From positions 1 through 47,323 of the forward strand of contig JAZKZC010000092.1 of the NCBI GenBank assembly GCA_045612465.1: a DNA stretch of 47,323 bases. Direction: 5' to 3'. This DNA is from Eubacteriales bacterium. GTDB taxonomy: Bacteria > Bacillota > Clostridia > Oscillospirales > CAG-272. The position numbers and the translations under genes were made by a program. Under the pieces are notes generated by a model. It ran no database searches and was not told the DNA's origin. It saw only the letters and a program-made list of their open reading frames with translations. The stretch's first letter is position 1. Every line of letters starts with the position of its first letter. Below, piece after piece: positions 1-10,000 of this stretch.

Positions 1-1582
1 TAGGAATAATTGCAATATGGTCGTATTTGATTTCTAACAATAATTCATCTTGAGTCGCAATCAAGTTATATAAGTCTGATAAAAAACTAACGGGTGACTG
101 TGATTTTAACTTTGAAGATAAAGTATCTATATTTTTAAAATTAGAAATATGTTCAACCAAATCTTTTGCGGATAGATTTCTACATTCCGACCATAAGGTG
201 GTATACCATTCATGAGTTTCTTCACGCAAAGGCAAAAATTCATAATCAATTTCATTAGCGAGTTTCCAGATGGTATTCCTAACTTCTTTATCTCGCGAAT
301 TAGGAATATTAATCTGCTGTTCATCCCATATATCGAAGAGAGATTCGCGAATCCCAATATGAGTATCTACTAAAGCAGTATATTTAATTGCTTCTCTACA
401 TTCATTAAGTACATTCTTTTTAACCCACTCAGAAGACAACCAATCTTTTTCAACTACTTCTCTGGTATTCGAAGCATTAAATATCTTTTTCAATTGTTCT
501 TCAACAGAAAAATCCAAAAAGGTTTTATAGAGCTGAATTGCTTCACGCATGATTTCTTTATTTTCCTCAATCAATTCATCTTCAGTATCCGTCAAGAAGA
601 TACCATCGCGAGGTTCTGTTGGATTGAATCTTGCTGAATTAATTACAACCGGAAAGAAAAAATCATGAGTTCCTATTAACGGAAAATCGCAGAAAAGTTT
701 AGGTAATGATTCTGGGATCTTGTCACAGGCAGGCGTTTCGTTTTCTTTATAGATTGGCAAAAGAATTGACACATCATTTTTAGTTAATACAAATACATAT
801 GTATTCTTTTTAGCATTTCCAAGCTGAGAAACGACACGATATACTTTGCCACCTTCTAAAGATAAGTTAGTTATCTTTTCAACATAATACTTTTTTCCTT
901 GTGGTTGGATTGTAATATATTCAATTTCAGGAATCAAAGATAACACATATGGAATCGAAACATCCAAATCGTCCAATCCTTGTTTGGCTACCTGCATTCC
1001 TCGTTGATCCAACTGATATTTAAAGCTTGTATTATAATCATCTTCAGCGTACAATACAGCATCTGTCAAACTCGATTTTAGTTGAGCGTCCGTATTGTTA
1101 ATAGCTGATAATAATTCCTCTTTTGTTTTCCCTGAACGATCTAACAGAACTTCAAAAGATTGAGGAGTACTATCCTCTAAAAGAATGCCGGAAACCAGGA
1201 CTTTTGTTGACAATAGATGAGTAGTTAAAAATCCAGTTCCGAATTTACCTGTTTTCTTTGAAGAGGATTTTCCGCTACTCCTATCCTTTGTGGATACTTG
1301 TTCCATCAAGTATATTAAATGTTTTAATGTAAATGGCGCTCCATTATGGCTAAACTCAAGTATTTGCTTTTCTTCATCAAAGTTCACTTGAATTTTTATT
1401 TTGCCGGTGGAATTCACGACATCTTTAGCATTTTGAACAAGTTCCCATATCCATCTACGAGGACTATTTTCGTTAGAACTATATCGCAAATTCCTAAGTA
1501 AGTCCAATATTCTGTTGGCAACATTTGTTTCATATGCTTCTTGCTTAATTGCATCGATTTTTGATGCGTTAATATTAGACAT
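1..1582 (-). CDS. Sacsin/Hsp90-like GHKL ATPase domain protein. Only the N-terminal 527 codons are present; the C-terminus runs off the left window edge.
   Basis: Absent from the supplied ORF track because there is no stop in the window. My hand translation of the minus strand from the ATG at 1582-1580 stays open down to position 2. It reads MSNINASKIDAIKQEAYETNVANRILDLLRNLRYSSNENSPRRWIWELVQNAKDV...SSSKKTGKFGTGFLTTHLLSTKV...FPLIGTHDFFFPVVINS... WELVQNAKD matches the Bergerat N-box. GKFGTGF matches the G-box of sacsin-type HATPase domains. Confidence 0.75.
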   Translation of the reverse strand, partial: MSNINASKIDAIKQEAYETNVANRILDLLRNLRYSSNENSPRRWIWELVQNAKDVVNSTGKIKIQVNFDEEKQILEFSHNGAPFTLKHLIYLMEQVSTKDRSSGKSSSKKTGKFGTGFLTTHLLSTKVLVSGILLEDSTPQSFEVLLDRSGKTKEELLSAINNTDAQLKSSLTDAVLYAEDDYNTSFKYQLDQRGMQVAKQGLDDLDVSIPYVLSLIPEIEYITIQPQGKKYYVEKITNLSLEGGKVYRVVSQLGNAKKNTYVFVLTKNDVSILLPIYKENETPACDKIPESLPKLFCDFPLIGTHDFFFPVVINSARFNPTEPRDGIFLTDTEDELIEENKEIMREAIQLYKTFLDFSVEEQLKKIFNASNTREVVEKDWLSSEWVKKNVLNECREAIKYTALVDTHIGIRESLFDIWDEQQINIPNSRDKEVRNTIWKLANEIDYEFLPLREETHEWYTTLWSECRNLSAKDLVEHISNFKNIDTLSSKLKSQSPVSFLSDLYNLIATQDELLLEIKYDHIAIIP

Positions 1583-1602
1583 ACATAACCCCTTATATAA
1601 TG

Positions 1603-2427
1603 TTATTTGAATTCAATGTTTTGAAATAGTGGCAACAATGTGCTTCTTATGGTAGTATTAGAAGGAACTTCACGAATGCCATATCCCATAATTGCTCCGT
1701 TTGCATGATGCCTCAAACGTGGCAGAACATAAGCCTCGCAGAGATCTTTAGCAAAAGCATAGTTATTTTTGTCATATAAAGCTCTACGCAGATAACCGTT
1801 CATTGCACCTGCGGCAAAGTCCGCAAGCTGTATACCAAAACTTTGAGCACTACACTCAGTAAGTACGCCATGATACACACTGCTATATTTTAAAATAAAA
1901 TCTCCGCGAACAGTCAGTTCATGGCAGGCAGATTTTATATGCTTGAGTTTTTCTTCATTTAACTCGTCCATAATAAGCATTGCAAATCCTTCAGGACTTT
2001 GCGCATCCATTTGTATTCTTTGCAATGCTTCTTGGAGGTGAAATCGCAGCAAGGTATTCTCCGACCAAACGCAGTTTTGTCCTCGCAAACTCGTAATGGT
2101 AAATAGAAACACAGCCGACTGTGCTCTATGGAATACTCTACGGTAGTAACCTCTAAGCTTGTCCTCGGACATCGTTGCTATAAAATCGGTTCTTGGATTA
2201 TTTTTATGTAATGACCAAAGATCCGCCCATTTGATTTCTTCTCCGACGGGAACTCCGTATTTTTTATTAAGCTCCTGCATATCCGATTGAAAAGTCTTAT
2301 ATGCTTCTGCTGTCATAATGACATTGGATCGAATATAAAACGGAGAATTCCGAATGGTTTTTTCACTGGGATGCTGCTGATATACACCAGCCTCATCTGT
2401 AAATACAAAATAAGTTTGCAATGCCAA
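1603..2427 (-). CDS. DUF3800-like protein
   Basis: 274-aa ORF. The N-terminal FVFTDEAG and the C-terminal GIQLADFAAG resemble the DE(S/A)G and QxAD motifs I associate with DUF3800. It lies 20 nt upstream of the ATPase start and 4 nt downstream of the previous gene. Confidence 0.6.
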   Translation of the reverse strand: MALQTYFVFTDEAGVYQQHPSEKTIRNSPFYIRSNVIMTAEAYKTFQSDMQELNKKYGVPVGEEIKWADLWSLHKNNPRTDFIATMSEDKLRGYYRRVFHRAQSAVFLFTITSLRGQNCVWSENTLLRFHLQEALQRIQMDAQSPEGFAMLIMDELNEEKLKHIKSACHELTVRGDFILKYSSVYHGVLTECSAQSFGIQLADFAAGAMNGYLRRALYDKNNYAFAKDLCEAYVLPRLRHHANGAIMGYGIREVPSNTTIRSTLLPLFQNIEFK

Positions 2428-2431
2428 CTCC

Positions 2432-3496
2432 TTATCCCTTTGTCAACCACCATGTAAGGAAGACGGCCCCAATTGTTGCCGCAGCGCCAATAAATGCAAC
2501 CAACAACTGAATTCCGTATTTTTCCATCCACGTCTTTTTCTCAGTCGGAGTGTTGTGTAACACTTGATTGGTATTACCTCCAGTAGAAATGTTAGCTCCG
2601 GATATATTACCTTGAAAATATACATTGGTTACATTTTGAGCAGGTTGGGTATCTACAGAAGCAGCTGCGGTGTCTTCGGACTTTTCAATATAACTTGAAT
2701 AATTATCTTTAATTGCATTTAACTTCGCGGTAAGTTCCTCAAACAATCGTCTGTCAGTCCAACCTCTAAATCTATCAAAAAGATCATATGTTTCTTGTAT
2801 GAAATCATCTTGTTTGAGTTTCTTCAGTTCTATCTTGACAGATTCTTTCCACGCTATGAATATTGGTTGATTGTATATGCTTTCAGTTCGAGGAAAGCCC
2901 GCCCCACCCTCGCTAATCACAAAAGCCTTTTTAATTTGGGGAATTTGATCAATCAATTCAAACAATTTTGATGTTGTTTCTGTGCTCATGGTATTCGTTT
3001 CTCCTTGCTCTATTTTTAATGTCCATTCCCATAATTCGTTTTTTACCTTTTCAACAATGCCAAGCAAAGATTCTTTTGTAATAAAAAGCGCTGACTCAAA
3101 AACGATTGGATATCCAGCCATCTCGGATATCTGCTGTGATGTGGCACCAGGGAATTTAATGTATAACGGATTTTGTTGATCCGATAATTTCAACAATTCA
3201 CTAACGGATTGATATATTTTTTTGTGCGTTAATATATTTTCGAGTTTTTGATCTTCAATTATTACTGGAATCCAACCGTTTATGGGATTATGCGACTTTA
3301 CAATTCCTCTAACATCTCGATATGAAGGGATCACATCGTTTTCGGGAGGATATCCGTTCAATTCGTTTTGAATCCACTTGCCAAATTCAGTCATTTGACA
3401 TCTTACGGCTATTCGATGAGCTTTTCTCAATAAGGTAACAATATCACACTTGTCTTTTAATATCTCATCTTGAAGTTCTGTAATTAAGTTTCCCAT
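2432..3496 (-). CDS. AbiTii-like N-terminal domain protein with a single C-terminal transmembrane helix
   Basis: 354 aa. The N-terminus LITELQDEILKDKCDIVTLLRKAHRIAVRCQMTEFGKWIQNELNGYPPENDVIPSYRDV resembles the AbiTii abortive-infection domain pattern (LLRKA...W...ELNGY), as I recall it. The C-terminus IQLLVAFIGAAATIGAVFLTWWL is a hydrophobic tail anchor. Confidence 0.6.
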   Translation of the reverse strand: MGNLITELQDEILKDKCDIVTLLRKAHRIAVRCQMTEFGKWIQNELNGYPPENDVIPSYRDVRGIVKSHNPINGWIPVIIEDQKLENILTHKKIYQSVSELLKLSDQQNPLYIKFPGATSQQISEMAGYPIVFESALFITKESLLGIVEKVKNELWEWTLKIEQGETNTMSTETTSKLFELIDQIPQIKKAFVISEGGAGFPRTESIYNQPIFIAWKESVKIELKKLKQDDFIQETYDLFDRFRGWTDRRLFEELTAKLNAIKDNYSSYIEKSEDTAAASVDTQPAQNVTNVYFQGNISGANISTGGNTNQVLHNTPTEKKTWMEKYGIQLLVAFIGAAATIGAVFLTWWLTKG

Positions 3497-3506
3497 TTGT
3501 ACTCTC

Positions 3507-4004
3507 CTACACAGAGGTTTCCATCTTTTTTAAGTATTTTGCTATACTGATTCCACGATCTTCGGTGGGAGAGAATTCAACTCTGAAATCCATCAAACCG
3601 AGGTTGATAAGTCTATACCGAATTGCAGATTTCGAAGCAAAGAAATATAACTTCATTCTTCGAATACAACTCTTATAATCCAAGAAATTGCATTGTTGTC
3701 TATCTACATACAATACTCCCGTTCGTCCATTCCAGTCCATAAATTCATCAAAGACCGGTTTAAGTAAATGGAATGGGAGTAAGAGGCAGGCGGCAAAAAA
3801 GTTTGCCTCTACCTCTTTCTTTGCTCTTTCATGCACAGAATCATCCAATCGTTCAAAATCTCTATCAAGACAGACTGTTTCAGACTCAGTATCATCCAAA
3901 TGATTCAAGAAGTAATGACCTAATTCATGGGCAATAGTAAATACTTGCATATGCTCTGTGTGCTTGGCATTGTAGTATATCACCGGAGTATCGTTTATGT
4001 ACAT
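3507..4004 (-). CDS. ImmA/IrrE (M78, COG2856) zinc metallopeptidase domain protein without an HTH domain
   Basis: 165 aa. It has the HEXXH motif (FTIAHELGHYFLNH) followed by EVEANFFAACLLLP, the typical E-x-x-A-N-x-F-A...L-P motif of this family. The peptidase domain begins at the N-terminus, and no XRE gene is adjacent. Confidence 0.8.
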   Translation of the reverse strand: MYINDTPVIYYNAKHTEHMQVFTIAHELGHYFLNHLDDTESETVCLDRDFERLDDSVHERAKKEVEANFFAACLLLPFHLLKPVFDEFMDWNGRTGVLYVDRQQCNFLDYKSCIRRMKLYFFASKSAIRYRLINLGLMDFRVEFSPTEDRGISIAKYLKKMETSV

Positions 4005-4045
4005 AAAGCGTCCGCAGACTTCTTCTGACCATTCGTGATAATCAA

Positions 4046-5413
4046 TTAATTCAATTCCTTCACCAAATTGGCTGTATCATCTGTTGAATCTTCTCCAAAC
4101 GAGCGCGCAGCTTGGCGAACATCATATTGTTCATATTTCTGATTATTAAACTCAAGAATATGAGCGTTTGGCATGGAATCAGCTACAGTAACTTGTCCAT
4201 TCATAAGCATGGGAAGTAGCCAATCTCGAAGTTCTTTAAGCTCGCGGTTCTCCTTGCGAAGACACTTTTGCTTATCCATAATGGGCGCGTATATCTCCAC
4301 AAATGCGCGCATTGTCTTTTCATCCGGAATAGGAAGTAAAAATGACGCACTTACATCTGGTTGAATGCGTTTTCTGCTACCAGTAGATGCGATGGCGTTT
4401 TCTACCATATGAACGTAAAAAGCCTCAGAATCAAGAACAGCATAGCAGAATGGACGAGTCCACAATTCTCTTGGGCGATATACGATAAATTCAGTAGAAC
4501 ATATTGAATTTGCGGTGTCGCAATATGGATCCCACAAGCGCTTAAAATGCGGGTTAAGCTTCGATGTCAAAATGCATTCGGGCGTAACAGCATACTTACC
4601 ACTCTCAATAGTTTTAGCAGACTCATATACAGGACTGTGATTTTCATCGAACGCAGGAATACTATAGTGTTCCATTATGGTATCCCCCAACTTTTTGGGG
4701 TTAACGGAAACATTATCGATTTTCATTAAGTCATCAACTGTTCCTACTTTCCACCCCTTGGGAATTTTTCGTTTGAGTTGATCGTTCCACTCCATAGCAC
4801 CACCAGAGGAACGATAGGGTTTTCCGTCTGCGCTTGAAAAATCAAACTGTGTAAACCAATAGTCATAGAGCGTTTTTGACATGGATTTCAACTCTGTGCA
4901 AATGCGAGAGTTGTTTTGAATCAAGTCATCAATCGCAGATAAAACATCGGCAATTTTTGTTTGTGTTGATACTCCACATTCGGGGAATGGAAAACCTTTT
5001 ATATCGTCTGAATTTAAATTCTTGCGAACGCCTCCAGCTAATGCTCTGAGCTGTTCGTAGTTATTCTTGATCCAATAGTAAAGAAATCTATAATCTGCTT
5101 TTTTAGAATCAACAACAATATTACAGCAAGCTTGATTTGTTGTTGCAGGTATCATCAAGATTGATGCATTTCCGCGAGTTTTTCCTTCTCCATACATTGC
5201 TACAGAAATGGTTTTTGAAGGCCACAATTTTATTGTGGTTTCTTGGAGCGCAACACTTGAAATATATTCATTTGCATCATAGATTTTATATTCGCCCAAT
5301 TGCTCTGTTTTTACCCATGGAATATCATTTGAATTCCAATATTTATTGTTACTACGCAGGGGAGTGATGCCACTTCCTATTTCAGCCGAAATATCAAATA
5401 TTGTTCTACTCAT
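4046..5413 (-). CDS. hsdS: Type I restriction-modification specificity subunit
   Basis: 455 aa with a two-TRD layout. There is a central conserved helix (TQTKIADVLSAIDDLIQNN...LYDYWF) and a distal one (RELKELRDWLLPMLMNGQVTV). It overlaps hsdM by 8 nt. Confidence 0.9.
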   Translation of the reverse strand: MSRTIFDISAEIGSGITPLRSNNKYWNSNDIPWVKTEQLGEYKIYDANEYISSVALQETTIKLWPSKTISVAMYGEGKTRGNASILMIPATTNQACCNIVVDSKKADYRFLYYWIKNNYEQLRALAGGVRKNLNSDDIKGFPFPECGVSTQTKIADVLSAIDDLIQNNSRICTELKSMSKTLYDYWFTQFDFSSADGKPYRSSGGAMEWNDQLKRKIPKGWKVGTVDDLMKIDNVSVNPKKLGDTIMEHYSIPAFDENHSPVYESAKTIESGKYAVTPECILTSKLNPHFKRLWDPYCDTANSICSTEFIVYRPRELWTRPFCYAVLDSEAFYVHMVENAIASTGSRKRIQPDVSASFLLPIPDEKTMRAFVEIYAPIMDKQKCLRKENRELKELRDWLLPMLMNGQVTVADSMPNAHILEFNNQKYEQYDVRQAARSFGEDSTDDTANLVKELN

Positions 5414-7049
5414 GACGAATCCTCTTTAATTGTTGCGTTACTTCAGCTTCCAATCGGTGACTTTGCGTAAACATTTCATCTAAACGTTTAGCATATTCAT
5501 TCATCTTGTCTGTAAATTCTTGGGATGTTAATTCTACATACTCAACTTTCACCTCAAAGTATTGGCCAGCCGAGAAAGATAGCTTTTTGGCCTCGATATC
5601 AGTATAACTAACATCTATACAAAAATCATTATCGGTTCTTCCAGCGTTGAAGGTATCAATAATTTTATTGATTTCTTCCAGGCTTAAGACTGTTCGTTGA
5701 TTCTTTCCGTCAAGTTTTTCTTTCGTGCCGAGTTTAGATGCATCCATCAAAACAACTTTTTCGTTTTTCTTTTCTTTGTCAATAAAGATAATGGATACGT
5801 TTGTGCCAGTAGTAGCGAAGATGTTTGATGGCATAGAAATAACACCGCACAGCATTCGATTGCTAACTAAATGTTCACGAATTGCGTATGCAATTTTATT
5901 GGATCTGTTACTTGCGGTCAAAAATCCCGTGGGTACAACAATCGCTGCCTTTCCGTTATCTCCAAGAGAATGGATAATATGCTGAAGGAACATTAGATGT
6001 ATTGCCATGCTATCCTTGTCTTGATTAGGAATATTCGGTACACCGGCAAAGAAACGCTTTTTATGTTTCTCATCTGCCAGTTCATCACGGTTATCGCTGA
6101 AATCGGTATTGAAAGGAGGATTGCTGACGATATAGTCAAACTGCGCCAAACGATCTCCTTTTTTGTTTTTGTGAAAAGGTTTTGTCAGTGTATCGCCATA
6201 AATGATATTAGGCAACGAATGGACAAGATTGTTGAGAATCAGATTCAGGCGCAAAAACTCATTGGATTTTTGAGATATATCCTGTGTAAAAATGGTACAG
6301 TTATCCTCACCAATCTCGTGCGCCAAAGCCAAAATCAGCGTACCGGATCCGGCAGCAGGGTCATACACCGTAACATTCTGTGCACCGTTCGGAACCATTA
6401 TCTTTGCGATAATGGTAGCAATGGAATGGGGCGTATAGTATTCTGCGTATTTACCAAAGTCCTTGTTATAGTCTTTGATGAGATACTCGAAGATCTGTGC
6501 AAAGAAGTCGTATTTCTGTGCGAATACATTTTCAAAGCTATGAGAAGCAATTTTAGAAATGATGGCTTTACAGAAATTATCCTTTTCATTTTCTTCGGTT
6601 ACGTGTTGTGAGATGCCGTTGAAAAGCTTGATTTTGGATTGTCCACTCGTATGTACAGAAAAGACATCAATATTGTGATTAGCGATATCGATAAGCGTGG
6701 AATCAAACAGTTTATGAAAACCTTCCGTGTTTTGATGGTTGAACAAATAGGAAATCAAGTGCTCCTTTTTAAGAGTAGCTACACTCGCTCCAAAGTCCAA
6801 CAAAAACAGTTCGTATTCGTCTGCCGTCATTTCAGCCAAAGCTGTTTCTACCTCTGCAGACGTTTTATTTGCGAAATCGGTTTTTACCCTTTTTGCTTCA
6901 GCAAGGAATTTATCATTCAAAAACTTATACAGAAATACTTCCGTAATGATCTTGTATTCACTTGAAGCATTTCCAAGTCCATAGTTAGTACAAACCGCTT
7001 TCAGATTGTCAATCATCTGCTTGGTTTGCAAGGTTATATTGTTATCCAT
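5406..7049 (-). CDS. hsdM: Type I restriction-modification N6-adenine DNA methyltransferase subunit
   Basis: 547 aa. It has an AdoMet motif (DPAAGSGTL) and the catalytic NPPF (IVSNPPFNTDF). It overlaps hsdR by 1 nt. Confidence 0.95.
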   Translation of the reverse strand: MDNNITLQTKQMIDNLKAVCTNYGLGNASSEYKIITEVFLYKFLNDKFLAEAKRVKTDFANKTSAEVETALAEMTADEYELFLLDFGASVATLKKEHLISYLFNHQNTEGFHKLFDSTLIDIANHNIDVFSVHTSGQSKIKLFNGISQHVTEENEKDNFCKAIISKIASHSFENVFAQKYDFFAQIFEYLIKDYNKDFGKYAEYYTPHSIATIIAKIMVPNGAQNVTVYDPAAGSGTLILALAHEIGEDNCTIFTQDISQKSNEFLRLNLILNNLVHSLPNIIYGDTLTKPFHKNKKGDRLAQFDYIVSNPPFNTDFSDNRDELADEKHKKRFFAGVPNIPNQDKDSMAIHLMFLQHIIHSLGDNGKAAIVVPTGFLTASNRSNKIAYAIREHLVSNRMLCGVISMPSNIFATTGTNVSIIFIDKEKKNEKVVLMDASKLGTKEKLDGKNQRTVLSLEEINKIIDTFNAGRTDNDFCIDVSYTDIEAKKLSFSAGQYFEVKVEYVELTSQEFTDKMNEYAKRLDEMFTQSHRLEAEVTQQLKRIRHE

Positions 7050-10000
7050 TATGATGCAAAATTCCTTTCGGTAAAGTATTCATTGGACACACAGGCACCG
7101 ATATATTTCACCTGTGAGGCGGTATATTTCACACCGTGTCCGTCAAGCTCTTGTTTGATCATCGGGAAGAGATCCCTTGTGAAATAAGATTCATTGTCAA
7201 GCAAATGCTGATTTGCTATTACTTTGCTGTCCACATTGTGCTTCAGATTCAACAGGATCTGATTCAAAACATAGTCGGTAGTGATAGGGGGAGGATTCTC
7301 TCTCAAACGCTTATGCGTGCGCATAAACTTAACATCGCCCTCGTATTTATCTGCCAACATCTGATCCTCACGGCGTTTTCTCTCCGCTGCGGCACGTATG
7401 CGCTCAAGCTCCGCCATATTTTCATTCATTTCATCGGCAGTTAATTCCTCAATGTTCTTTTTGCGCAAAACTCGTTGCAGTTCCTCAAGCAAAGTAATAT
7501 ATTCGGGATCTTTAGGGTCAAGAGTATGAGCTACAGCTTGCTGTGTTTTAACTAAAGTGTCACGGAACTTATTGGCAATAACCAACTCGCTCTCGGAAAC
7601 CTTTCGGAACTGAAATTCAATCTGTTCCATCGCCAAGTTAAGAATCGCCGTCATATCTTCAGCGTTTGCCAAAACTTGCTTTTGATTTACCAACGCAATG
7701 CGATTGTTAACTTCATTATAGAGCGCACCGACCTTGTCCAAATCAAACTTGTCGGAAATGTCATCATAGCCAAACAATTTTGAAATGTTAAAGAGTTCCT
7801 TATAAAGTTCCAATGCGTGACGAATCTCAATCAATTCTGCTTTTTCATCAATAGCGGAGATTTGCTGAGAGAATACTTCTGCATTGTCTGTGTTATAGAG
7901 GAACAATGTTTCTTTGATTGCTATCAAGTCTTTTTCAATATCTTCTTGAGACTTGAAAATGTTATTGTATTGTTGGAATGCATCTCCAAGCTCCGCTTGA
8001 AGTTCTGCAAAATAAGCCTTGTTGGTTTTATCAAATTCTGCACGGATATCTGCAAAATCCACGACATAGCCATATCTGAATTTCTTATAAGGACGATTGA
8101 CGCGAGTCAAAGCTTGAAGAAGAGAGTGATCTTTGATAACTCTACCAAGGTACAGTTTCTTCAATCTCGGAGCATCAAATCCAGTCAAAAGCATATTGAA
8201 CACAACGAGAAAATCAATCGTTCCTTTTTTGAAATCTGTAATATATCCGCGTCTTGTTTCTTTATCATCCACATCATGAAGGATCAATGCGCAAGTGTAT
8301 GATGTTTTCTTTAATTCGTCAAAAACAACCTTCGCCTGATCCGAAGTGTCGCATACAATCATACCACCAATAGTAGCATCATTCATGGCAACACGGCTCT
8401 TGGTAAAATCATTGACTATATATTTTACCAGTTCGGAAACGTACTTGGGATGTGCATACATATCCTTTTTGGATATAGAGCCTTGAAGGGTTTTGATTTC
8501 AGCCAGAGCAGATTGTAAACGTTCGCGGTAAGTGGTTGCGATTCCTTCTCGAATCAGTTTCAGCGTATAACCATCGGATATAGAAGCGTTATAATAGTAC
8601 TTATGTATGTACTCGCCAAAAATCTGTTTTGAATCGTATTTCTTGCCACCAATTGGTCTGCCCTCATCATCGTAAATGACGCCAATTAAGGGAGTACCGG
8701 TAAGAGCGATCATAACGGCTTTTCTATCAGATTCTATCAAATTTCCAAGAAACGAGCCCGTGGGATTATAGCTTCTATGAGCTTCATCCATAAAATATAC
8801 TCTTTGAACATCTATCGCGTAATCGGATTTTTTCGCAATAGATTCTTTTGAAAACTTTTGAATATTAACTACCGTAATTGTTAGTTTTCCGGTGTTCTCC
8901 GTAGAAGTTGTAGCGCTGATATTCTTGATAAAGTCTTCTTTTGAATTGACTTCTTCCACATGCAATCCACGATTTCTAAATTCCGTTGCTGCCTGCGTCA
9001 GCAAGTCAAGTCTATCTACGATAAAATAGAATTTGGGTATTACACCTTGCTTTTGATAATAGTCGGTTAAATATCTAACGTTGAAGAAGGTAAGGGCGGT
9101 TTTTCCGCTACCTTGGGTATGCCAAATGATACCGTTTCGCTTTCCACTATTCAAATGCCTTTCGATTGCTTTTGTTGCAAACAATTGAGGATAACGCATA
9201 ATGTGTTTCTCAAGGTGAGTAATACCGTTATCATCAGTTCTTTCTACATATGCAATTGCGTACTTCAGAATAGTAAGAACACGCTCTTTAGAGAACAGAG
9301 ATGTGATTATCCTGTTTGTGGGAGATTCGGGATTTGAGTTTGTAAGATATTCGGGAGATCCCTTGATAGAAGTTAGATTTGTATCAAACAGAATTGCTTT
9401 TTCTTTCGTTTCATCTACTTCGCAAATGCGTGAGAATATAGATTTATCTTCTTCGCGGAAATGACTGAAAAACAGTTTTTCATAACTGCTGGATGCATAG
9501 AATGCACCGTCCAACGGAACAACTTCGTTATCGTCGTACTCGCTATTATTGGAAAACACCATTACTTGTGTGATGTTCACAAACCTACGGAATTTTTTAT
9601 TCTGAAAACGCGTATTTATACGCTTATACTCGGCTTGTATACCATCTTTGTTGTTCGGCTTTTTGACCTCGATAAAAGACAACGGCATTCCGTTAATAAG
9701 AGGGATGATATCCGGACGGAACTCATCGCTACCGTTTTTGTAGGTCAATTCAGTGACCACGTTGTAGATGTTGTTACCATTGAAATCGATTAATTTTAAG
9801 CCTTTATATCCATTGATGAGGTACGAGTAGAACACTCTGCCCAAATCATCATTATCAAGAACAATCTTTAATTCGTTTACGATTCCACGAGCATCGTCGA
9901 TAGAAATATTGCATCCATTGATATCATTTATGGCGCGACAAAATACATCGAGGAAAATATTTGTATCTTCATCGATTAAATTTGTATTCGCGTATTTTTT

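Noticed and set aside
127-357. 76-aa minus-strand ORF listed in the track
   Set aside because: It lies in a different frame inside the long open GHKL ATPase reading frame (1-1582), which has clear motifs. The short ORF is low-complexity.
5997-6611. 204-aa plus-strand ORF
   Set aside because: It is antisense to hsdM, which has unambiguous methyltransferase motifs. It has no RBS or motifs of its own. The same reasoning applies to 5725-5985, 6639-6965, 7136-7444, 7817-8302, 9113-9337 and 9461-9793, which are antisense to hsdM or hsdR.
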